IMG/VR virus record: IMGVR_UViG_3300008448_000023
Coordinates: 1 to 64,000 of that record
From: a virus
Reading direction: 5' to 3' (one strand)
DNA length: 64,000 bases
Part shown: piece by piece, positions 26,746 to 38,700 of the stretch
Layout of the letters: each line of letters begins with the position of its first letter
How positions within the stretch are numbered: the stretch's first letter is position 1
The notes under the pieces: model-generated
Seen by the model: the letters and a program-made list of their open reading frames with translations, nothing else
Databases searched by the model: none
What the model was told of the DNA's origin: nothing
Translations under genes and position numbers: made by a program

Positions 26746-29700
26746 TGTCAAGAATTAGAAGTGTAGATTTTTTACCTGAGATTTTTCAAACTGATGTCAA
26801 CAAGCAGTTTTTTGCTGCTACTTTGGATCAGTTGATACAAGAACCTCAATTTAAGAAGACCCAGGGCTTTATTGGCCGCACAGTGGGACCTGGGGTCAAC
26901 CCCAACGACCGTTATGTGATCGAGCCTAATCGTGTTCGCGCTGACTATCAGCTAGAAGCAGGTGTGATCAGTCTTGAACCAGGCACAGGTAAAATTCAAG
27001 ATGCTATTACCTATCCTGGTCTGCTGGATAGCATAGCTTATCAGACGGGTAGTCCTGGACTGACTAGTGGCATTATCTCTACCGAAGGTGGCGACAGTAT
27101 TCGTCCAGACCGACTGTTCGAAAGCCAATACTACACTTGGGACCCGTTCATTAACTGGGATACCTTTATCAACTTCAGTCAGTATTTCTGGTTGCCCAAT
27201 GGCCCAGATGCTGTGACTGTGGCTGCTTCTACTGTACCAGCTACCAACAACTTCACAGTTACTCGTTCTAACGATTATTATAACTTTTCTGGAGTACAAG
27301 GCAACGATCCTACTATTGATCTTGTGCGTGGCGGCAGCTATACTTTCCAAGTAGCTCAAAATCAAAAGCAAACCATAAACTACGGAGTAGGAAACAACGG
27401 CACCAGTGCTTATATAATAAATCTGGCAGCTAACCCCACTGTGTCTCTGGTACGGGGGAACACCTACACCTTTACATTGAGTCTAACAGGCGACTATCCG
27501 TTTTACATCAAAACATCGCCTACCACTGGTCTGACCAATATCTACAGCGATGGCGTAACCAACAATGGCGCTGTCACAGGCGTGATCACTTTTGTTGTAC
27601 CACAAAATGCTCCAGACGTATTATACTATGCCGCTGCAAATCAAAGCAACATGCGTGGACAATTCAATGTCATTGACGCATCATCAGGCACTGGTTCCGG
27701 CTTCTGGATCCAAACAGCACCAGGGGTAAGCGGGCGAATTCCAGCTACACCAAACATCAGCAGTCGTGATGTACTGGGAGTGACCAACAACGGTGAAGAC
27801 CTTGGCACAATCACTTTCAATGTGCCCACTAAAACTGCTCAACAATTCTATTACGGCCTACCTAACGTAGGTGGCGGTACTAGTCCTTACAATGTTGACT
27901 TAATTACAGATCTTAAATTCAATCAAATTGATGGAATAAAAGTCACTGATTTCCTAGCTACCTATGGTGGCATCGATGGCATCACTGAACTCAATGGTCG
28001 CACATTAGTTTTTGATCAACCCATTGTGGACGTTGACCAAGGTGGCTGGTACAGCACTTCAATGTTTGATCCATTGAGTGCAGGCAGCACCAACAATGGT
28101 CTACCTGGTAGCTTTGACAGCTTGCCTTATGCTCTGCAAACCACAGTACCGGTGAACGAACGATATAGCGTATGGCAAATCAACTATGTAGACAACGATG
28201 GCTATGTGACTATTCAGTTGGTTAGTACTCAGTTGATTGGCAATTTAGAAAAATTTAATATTCTGTACGGTACTACATACGCCAGCACTAGTTGGTACAA
28301 AAACGATGCTGGTTTCCTGCGACAAATACCTTTGCTCAGTGCTATTCAAGATACTTTGTACTATCAAGACGGTACTAACCCAGAAATTTTTGGACGTATT
28401 CGACTAATTGAACAACCGTTGGCATCAACACTGTTCATAGAAGAAATACTAGGCAAAAAAACTTATACCAGCCCCAATGGAATTACATTTACCAACGGAC
28501 TAAAAATTATTTTACGTGGTGAAGTAGTACCAGCCAGCTATGCTGACAAAGAATACTATGTATCAGGCGTGGGCACAGCCATTGAACTGTTGCTGGTATC
28601 AAACTTTGTTGTGCCTGAAACTTATGTAGTTGACGCCAACGACAGTACCGCTGCGGTAGAACCAGCTGAGCTTGACTACTTGACTATAAACCGTGCCAGC
28701 AAAGATCTCAATGCCTGGACACGCAGCAATCGATGGTTCCATATTGACGTTATCAATGCCACAGCTGAATACAACAGCACCACAGCTGATATCGACAACA
28801 GCTACAGAGCCAAACGACCAATCATTGAGTTTCGTCCTGGACTGCGCCTGTTTGACATGGGCACTGAAGGCAAGCAACCCGTTGATATAATAGATTTTGA
28901 AGAAACTGATGCGTTTTCTAATATTCAAGGTGCCACAGCCTACAGTGTTGATGGTTACAATTTAGTCAACGGCAGTCGAGTTATTTTTGCTGCTGACGAA
29001 GATGCAGATGTACGAAACAAAATTTGGGTGGTAAACTTTGTTGATCCAGACTCGATACCTCCACTAATTGCACAGCCAATTATTAACCTGACCTTGGCCA
29101 CCGACGGCATAGTGCTGTTTAATCAATGTACAGTTTGCACAGAAGGTACCACACTCAAAGGACTAACTTTCTGGTATGACGGTGTTGATTGGATCCGAGC
29201 ACAACAAAAACAAGGTGTTCAACAATCTCCGTTGTATGATGTTTACGATGCCAACGGTGTTAGCTTTGGCAATAGAGCTGTATACCCATCGTCTACGTTT
29301 GTAGGCAGCAAGTTGTTTAGCTATGCGGTGGGCGACACAGGAATACTAGATCCTATATTACAGTTTCCTTTGCAGTATCTCAACCTCAACAACGTTGGCG
29401 ATATTGTGTTTGAAAACAACTTGTACAAAGATACATTCTTGTATGTTCGGGACAACGTGTCTGTTACTGAACCTATCAGTGCAGGTTTTGTTCAAGAATT
29501 TTTAACCAGAACAACAAGTGTTCGAGACATTGGATGGAAAGTGGCAGCCACTGACACCCAGATTCGACAACAGTTTAAATTTACCTACACTGGTGAGTCA
29601 TTGAAGTTAGACATCAAAGTTGAGTCAACAGTGGCACCTTTACAAAATCCTGTGCCTCCAGTTAAAGTATATGTTGGTTCAGAATTCAAAGACCCGGACA

Positions 29701-32700
29701 CATATACTGTTGTTACCACAGACAACACTACCACTATTACACTAGACGAAACCTATTTTGTTGGTGATATAATTGAAGTTTTAGCTTTGAGCAATCAAAG
29801 CAGTGCAGTGGCTTTTTATCAGGTGCCTATTAACCTTGAAAAGAACCCACTCAATGGAAACAGTGCAAGTTTTACACTGGGTACAATTCGCACACACTAC
29901 GAAAGTATCTGCGAAAATTTGTTGGATCTGACTGGATCAATCAACGGTGCCAACAACACTAGAGACCTTGGTGACATTGGCCCGTATGGCTTGATAATTC
30001 TTCAACAGAGTGCTCCGTTGACGTTGGCTGGTTACTTTAATCGCAGCAAAGAATACAATATCTTTGCCAGCCTTCAATACAACAGTCGCGAGTATACCAA
30101 GTTTAAAAACCTGCTGATGAAAGAAGTTACTCAACTAGAGATTAACTTTCAGACCACGGCTGAACTGCTCACAGAAGCCATGGCAAATATCACCGCTGGC
30201 AGAGTAGAAACCAACCCATTCTATTGGAGCGACATGTTGCCCAGTAGTTCAGTGTTTACTCAAACAGTGTACACAGTGAGCCTGATAACGACCAACGTAT
30301 TTGATACAGTACAGGTATATAATTACACTTCTGCTAACTATCTTGGCCTGCTGGTTTACAAAAACAATCAACTGTTGATTCGCGGCATTGACTATGTTGT
30401 TGCCACAGATGGTCCACGAATCACAATCACAACAACTCTGGCAGTGGGTGATAAAATCACCGTACAAGAGTTTCCAGCTACCTACGGCAATTTTGTGCCA
30501 AACACACCAACCAAATTGGGACTATACCCAGCATGGAAACCCGGCATAGTCACAGTAGACACCACCACTGGCACAGCTCAAGTAATCGTAGGACACGACG
30601 GCAGCCAAACACCTGTGTTTGGTGACGTGCGCGACGATGTGTTGTTGGAATTTGAAAAACGTATCTACAATAACCTCAAGGTAGACGGAAATCCAGTACC
30701 ACTCAGTGTGTACGATGTATTGCCTGGACAATTCAGAGACACTGGTTATAGTTTTTCAGAGATCAATCAGATTCTAGCACAAGATTTTTTAAGCTACGTT
30801 GGTTGGAACAAACTAGACTACAACAATCAGAATTACATTGCCAGCAATGAATTTAGTTGGAATTATTCTAATGCTACCAACAAGCTCAACGGAGAAAATC
30901 TTCTAGGTGCCTGGCGCGGGATCTATCGTTATTTCTATGACACTCAAGATCCTTCCCGCACACCATGGGAAATGCTGGGCTTTACTATTGAACCTACCTG
31001 GTGGATCTCTACCTATGGTCCAGCACCTTATACTAATACCAACCTGGTACTGTGGGATGATTTAGAAGCTGGCCTGATACGTGATCCTGCTGGCTCGTAT
31101 TTCTTGCCGCAATATGTAAGGCCTGGTCTTACTGATGTAATTCCAGTGGACTCAGAAGGCAACTTACTGAGCCCATTTGATTGTGTTGTTCAAGACTACG
31201 ATGACCAGCAATGGCAACGAAGCTGGGTAGCAGGCGACGGCGGACCAGTAGAAGCATCTTGGTGGAATTCTAGTTCTTATCCTTTTGCTGTAATGCGACT
31301 GTTAGCATTGACTCGTCCAGCTAAATTTTACAGCCTGTTTGCTGACCGAGATCTTTACAAGTTCAACGATGCGTTTAGCCAGTATCTTTACAATCAACGT
31401 TACCGCTTGGACGCCAACGGCATTGAAGTCTACGGCGACGGCGTCAGCAAAGCCAGTTATATCAACTGGATTGTGGATTACAATCAGCAGTTGGGTCTAA
31501 ATTCTACAAAACGATTACAAGACGACTTGGCCAATTTAGATGTTCGTCTGTGCTATCGCATGGCCAGTTTCAGCGACAAGCAGTATATCAAACTATACAC
31601 AGAAAAATCTAGCCCCAACAGTCTCAACAGCACGTTGCAGATCCCAGACGAAAGCTACGATTTACTGTTGTACAAAAATCAACCTGTTGAGCGATTGATT
31701 TACAGTTCTGTGGTAGTCCAAATAGTCGAAGGCGGGTACGCAGTCTATGGTTATTCAACTTCTCAACCCTATTTTAACATTGCAGTAAGCCAAGGTATTG
31801 GTAGGTTACGTCCTATCACCGTTGGTGATGTCACGGTCAGAGTTCCTACACAGTACACCAATTCAGTGGCTCAGGTTCCCTATGGCTTTGTGTTCACCAA
31901 CCCCACCAGTGTGTGTGATTTCTTGTTGAGTTATGGCAAATTGTTGAAAGATCAAGGGTTGACCTTTGATGATCGCGCCAACGGATTCATACTAGACTGG
32001 GATCAAATGGCTCAGGAATTTTTGTATTGGACACAGCAAGGATGGGAAAATGATAGTCTTATCAATCTTAACCCATTGGCAGGAAAGTTGATCATCACTA
32101 AACCAGGTTTGGTTGCTGACAGTATCGTAACGCAGACCAGCGAAAACATTTTGTTGAATCAAAACAAACGTGAACTGAATACTCGCAACTTGAACATTGT
32201 ACGTTTGGGCAACACACTGAGCCTTGAGCCATTGACAGACGAAAGTTTGAGTTTTGCTGATTTTAGATTTACCAATTTTGAACACATGATTGTGCTAAAC
32301 AATCGTAGTGTGTTCGGAGACTTGATCTATGAACCAGTAACCGGAGCTAGACAAAGTCGTCTTGACCTAGTTGCCTTTAACTCAACACAGTGGAATGGTG
32401 TTGTTGATGCCCAGGGCTTTATTCTCAATCAAGACAACGTTGAAGAATGGACTGGATTTAAGAAATACACCAAAGGCCAAATTGTCAAATACAAAGATCA
32501 GTTTTGGAGTGCGCAAACCATAGTGAACCCAAAATCAAACTTTGATTTCAATGATTGGGTCAAGAGCGATTATGAACAAATTGAGCAAGGTTTGTTGCCT
32601 AACATTGCCAACAAATCCAATCAGTTGCAACAGACCTACAGTGTTAATTCTGCTAACTTGGAACAAGATCAGGACTTGTTGAGTTATGGTCTAATTGGAT

Positions 32701-35700
32701 TCCGACCAAGGCAGTATATGGCTGCACTGAATCTAGATGATGTCAGTCAAGTCAACATATATCAGCAGTTCCTTAAGACCAAAGGAACTATTCTATCTGC
32801 CGAATTGTTAAGTCGAGCAAACCTAGGCAAAGAAGCAGCCGACTACAATATCTATGAAAATTGGGCAGTTCAGCGTGCGGTGTACGGCGCCAACGCCAAC
32901 CGTAGTTTTGTTGAACTACGCCTTAACCGAGCACTGTTGAGTAGTAATCCAAGCCTGGTACAAGTGATTGAACCACAGCAAGTAAGTCAAGCTGACCAAC
33001 AAATTTTGTTGAGTGATGTTTGGAAACAAAGTTACAAACTCACCGGAACAAACTTTTTGCCTACCACCGAAGAAACCATCACTGATACTGCTTTGCCCAG
33101 TGCCGGTTATGTAAATCTTAATGATGTAGATATTACTGCATTTTCACTGACTGATGATAGTTCTGCCATTGAGGCAGCCCTTGGTGCAGTCAAGGTTGGA
33201 TCAGATCTGTGGGTAGCCAAGGTCAACACCTATGATTGGGATGTATTCCGTTGCGTACAAGTTCCTGGATATATTGATCACGTCTGTGACAATCTTGACG
33301 GAACCAGTATTGCAAGATTTACCAAGGCACACGGACTAGTTCCAAGTGACCAACTGATCATCAGAGAATTTGATCCGTTGGTAGACGGTGTCTACACAGT
33401 GTTAGAAACACCAGACATCAACAGTGTTGTTATTGCGTATACGTTTGTTGGATCGCAGAGCGTGATTGAAGGTGTGGGCATTGGTTTTAGCTTGCAATCA
33501 GAGCGAGTAGCACAGGCCAGTGATATAATCAATCTTCCCTACGCTAATGATATTACCACAGGCAACAAAGTCTGGGTAGACAACAACGGCAACGGTCGCT
33601 GGGCAGTACTGGAAAAACAAAATCCGTTCTCAGACATTACTGAACTTGCGCCGCAACTTTTAGATGCCACAGAAGAGTACGGAGTAGCTGTAGCCCAGGC
33701 CAAAAATAGATTGGCAGCATTGGTAGGCAGTCCACGATACGGATTTAACGTTGGTGCTGAAAAAGGCGGAGTGTATGTTTACGTTAAAAACTACGGTGAT
33801 CAATACATTCCTGTCAGTCCGCTAGATCAAGGAGATGCTGTACTCACACTTGACGTTACTGGAGCCCTAGGCTACGGTAATGCGGTGGACTTTGGAAATC
33901 AAACCTGGGCTATAGCTGGCGCCAGCAAGAGTCTAGGACCCGCAGGACAAGCAGATGTAGGTTATGCTGCAATCATTTATCGTGATCCTACACTGGGAGA
34001 ACCAGGAGTAAATCCATATGCACAATGGCAACTCATTGTGCCTGAAGATTTAGATACCCTGGGAGAGTTTGGTCACAGTGTTACCGTGAGCACAGATGAG
34101 CGCTGGGCTTATGTTGGAGCACCAGGAGCCAACAAAGTCTATGCCTATGGACGTGTGGATTGGGAAGACCAATTTGTACAGGCATTGGGCAACGGAACAA
34201 CCAAGACTTATCAAATTGGTAATGTTATTCAAATCAATGCCAACACACAGTTAACAGTCACACTTGACGACACTGTGCAGTTTCTCACCACTGACTATAC
34301 TGTAGCCGCTGATTTCAACTCTGTAACATTTACAACTGCTCCAGCAGCAGGTGTAGTGGTCAAAATACAAAGAATCAATCGTCTTAACGTGGATGGTGGT
34401 ACCTATTTCAACGTAACTCAAAGCTCTACCACTGGTGGCGGCTCTGGAGCAACATTTACAATTGAACGAATCAGAGGCCAAGTAGGACAGCTTCCGGGAG
34501 CTCCAACTATCAAGGGTAGAGTGGGTCTAGTGGCTGGAGGTATAGGTTACGCAGCCGGCAATACTGTTAGATTTGCTCCAAGCAAATTTGGCGGAACTGG
34601 AACCAGTCCCAGCAATGATATTGTTTTAACAATCACTGGAGTCAACGCAACCACCGGTGCTATCGAAGCATATACTATTGCGTATAGTGCTCCAATAACA
34701 AACACATTCTCATTGAATGAATATTTCTTCACAGCAACCAACATATATTCGTTCTCAGTGTATGTTGACGGTGTGTTGCAACGCCCACAGATTGATTACA
34801 CATTTGGAGAAGATTCAACCTACGACCTTACTTTGACTTCCAGCAGTTCTGGCTACAATGTTTATGGAACTGTAATTGAAGTACAAGCACAAAGTTACTT
34901 TGATTATGTTTACACGTTGACTGTTGCTGGACTTGACGCTGGTGCAAGATTTGGTCACAGTGTGGCCACATCCACTGACGGTCGTCAAGTACTAGTCGGA
35001 ACTCCTGACCGCACTGTTAGTGGCAAAGTAGAAGCCGGTAGTGTCTATGTATTTGATCGTAACGTGCAAAGATTTATCTACGGAACCGATCCAAGCTCAG
35101 TTGCATTTACAGTACTCGGAACAGTGACAGAACCAGTGAGTGTTATTGTAAACAATCAATTTTTGGTCAACGAAGCCAACGATGTTCTCAATGGCACCAA
35201 TACCTTTACTGTGGCAGGGAATCTTGTGACAGTAAACACTGATTTGGCAGTTGGCGACACAGTTGAAATAGAAACCAACCAATTTAGATTGATGCAGGCT
35301 ATCACACAAAATACTGTTGCAGAATTTTCTAATTTTGGACAAGCGGTAGACCTTTGTGCTTACAATTGCAGCTTGTATGTTGGAGCACCACAAGATAGTA
35401 CCGCCACCTGGAAAGCAGGTGCAGTGCAACGCAGTGTAAATCAAAGTCGCAGCTATGGTACAATCACTGCCACAGTGGCCAACCCAAGTATCACAGTCGG
35501 CGACACACTGAGAGTCAACAACATTGACGTTGCAGTACCGTCAGCTGGCACACTGACCAGTTTTGCTTCGGCTATCAATGCTGATGTTCCCAATGTGATT
35601 GCAACTGTCAACAACGGTTTGTTGACTTTGAAAGTAAAAAATGCTGCCGCAGCCTCGCCTACAGACCTACTACAAGTTGCACCGGGCTCAGTTGGCACTG

Positions 35701-38700
35701 CATTTAATGCGTTTGGATTCCAGACGTTTACCTACTCTCAGACACTGTACAGTCCTTACCCAACAGAATTTGCTCAGTTTGGTTACAGCGTGTCTGTGGA
35801 TGAAACTGCGGTGAACCTAGTAGTGGGATCGCCACAGGGAACTTTGTGGGTGCTAACAATATGGGACGATGGACTGGTAGACTGGGACGGCAACAGTACC
35901 ACATTCTTTAGTACCGTGGAGCAGAGCGGTAGTGTATACACCTACGATTATTTGCCTGCTGCCAACGAAAGCGCAGCCAACACAGGAAAATTTGTGTTTG
36001 GAATTCAAATAATTGATTCCAATGTAAGACCGTTGGACGGTTATGGTACTTCGGTGAGCTATGTAGACGGGGTGCTGATGTTAGGTGCTCCGGGCAGCGA
36101 TGCTGTGGCCAGTGACAGTACCGCTGCTGATTACGGCCGAGTTTTTGTGTCACAAAACCCAAATAGAATTCCTGCGTGGACCACATTAAGACAACAACAA
36201 CCAGTGGTTGACATTGGACTAATCAATGGAGTATTCACATACGATCGAATCACCAGTGCTCGTACTGAACAGTTTGATTTCTTTGATCCTTTGCAAGGCA
36301 AAATACTTGGCGCAGCAAGACAAAACATCGATTACATTGGAGCTGTTGATCCAGCACAGTACGACAACGGTCCAACCAACAACAATGGCACAACATGGTT
36401 TGCAGAGCATGTGGGAGAAATTTGGTGGGATATTGGTACAGTAAGATTTATTGACCCCAACCAAGATGATATCGTATATGCCAGCCGACGCTGGGGACAA
36501 CTGTTCCCTGGTAGTACTGTAGACATTTATCAGTGGGTCGAAAGCACAGTACCGCCAGCGTCTTACTCAGGACCTGGAGTACCTCTCAACATAAATTCGT
36601 TTAGTTTCAGCGCTCGTCTCAGCACAGACGGTGTTGTGAACACATATTATTATTTCTGGGTTCGAGGTATAACCACAGTGGCCACTAACAAAGGTAAAAC
36701 TTTGAGTGCTACAACTGTAAGTCGCTACATTGAAAATCCAAAAAGCAGCGGTATTCCGTACATTGCTCCTATCAATGCCAGCACAATTGCCTTGTATAAT
36801 GCCGCAAACATCATCGAAGCGCAGGATACCATAATCAACATTGAGTATGATCGTGAGTATACCACCAACAATGTTCACGTAGAGTATGAGCTGATTGCGC
36901 AAGACAAGTCCGACGGCTTCTTGAGCGACGGATTATATCGTAAATTACAGGACAGTTTCTGCGGAGTTGACACAGCAGGTAATCTTGTACCAGATCCTAA
37001 CTTGAACGCAGCAGAACGATACGGTGTCCAATTCCGTCCGCGCCAGTCAATGTTTGTGGATCGCTTTGAAGCTCTGAAAAATTATTTACAACGTGCCAAT
37101 GCAGTGTTGGCCATGTACACTATTTCCGAAAGTAGAAGTTTTAATCTGCTGAATTCCAGCGATCCTGAGCCAGATTCCACCACCCCTGGACAGACTGAGC
37201 CAAACTGGAACATGCGTGTAGCCAACTTGGAAATTTTGAGTTTCCAAAACATATATGCTGTGCCAATTGGTTATAGATATCTAGTAGCCAGCGACAGTAG
37301 CAACAACGGTCTGTGGACAATCTATCAAGTGCAATACGTACAAAACGGACTATTTGATGCTCGAGAGTTAGTACTAATCAAGGTACAAAACTATGACACC
37401 AAACGTTACTGGAGTTACATTGACTGGTACTTGCCGGGATACAACCCATCTACTAAAGTAACTGCAGAAGTTCCTAACTTCAGTACGTTAGACACCTTGT
37501 CTGTTCCTGTGGGAACCAGTGTGCGAGTGACTGCTAACGCACAAGGTAAATTTGAAATTTATCTCAGGTCGTTGACTGGCTGGGATCGAGTGGCTTTAGA
37601 AGACGGTACCATTGCATTCTCGGCTGAATTGTGGGATTATGCACTGGGACGTTTTGGATTTGACGTTGAAGTGTTTGATGCGCAGTACTTTGATCAAGAG
37701 CCAGTGATTGAAACTCGCAAGATCATTCAGGCCATCAATCAAGAACTGTTCATCGACGACCTGCTGTTAGAACGCAATCGCAGCTTGACGCTGATGTTTA
37801 ACTATGTGCTCAGTGAGTTTGCAGCCCCTGAGTGGTTGGTTAAAACTTCGTTGATTGACGTTGATCACCGAATTCGAAATCTAGAACCCTTCCAGAACTA
37901 TCGTCAAGATAATCAGGAATTCGTTCTTGACTATATTCAAGAAGTCAAGCCTTATCACGTACAAATTCGTGAATTTAATCTGTTGTACAATGGTCAAGAC
38001 CAGTACGGCGGCGACGTCACTGACTTCGATGTGCCAGCATACTACAACACTAGTTTGCCAATACCGCAGTACACAAGTCCAATATTAAACATCAGCGACA
38101 CAACTGATCCACGTTACCAATCGCCATATTTGCTCAGCACTCCTGAACCTGATAACACACTCAGCGACGCTGATCCAGGTGCGTTAATTTGGCAAACTTG
38201 GCCTTACACACAATGGTATGGCAACTATTTGCTGAACTTACAAAGAATTGAGATAGTAGATGCAGGCTCAGGCTATACAGATGTTCCAACTGTGATTATC
38301 ACTGGTGATGCTGATGTTCCTGCTACTGCTGAAGCTTTCTTGACCAGCTTTGGATCTATTGCTTTTATTACTATAACTGATCCAGGATCAGGATATTTTG
38401 CCACTCCAGTGATTACATTTGACGGGGGCAACGGCACAGGCGCAAGAGCTTATCCTATAATGGGCAATGATCTTGTTCGTAGCTTTAAGACAGTGATCAA
38501 GTATGACCGTTGTTCGTATCAAACACAAGTTCTTACTTGGGATCCTAGTGGCACGTATGAAGACGGCACACTGGTACGATTCACTGATCGTGTATGGAGA
38601 GCATCTAGTCTAGATTCAACGGCTGTAGTAGGACCAACGTTTAATCTTGAAGATTGGACTCTAGTACCTGCCAGCGAACTTGGCGGCATAGACCGAACAG

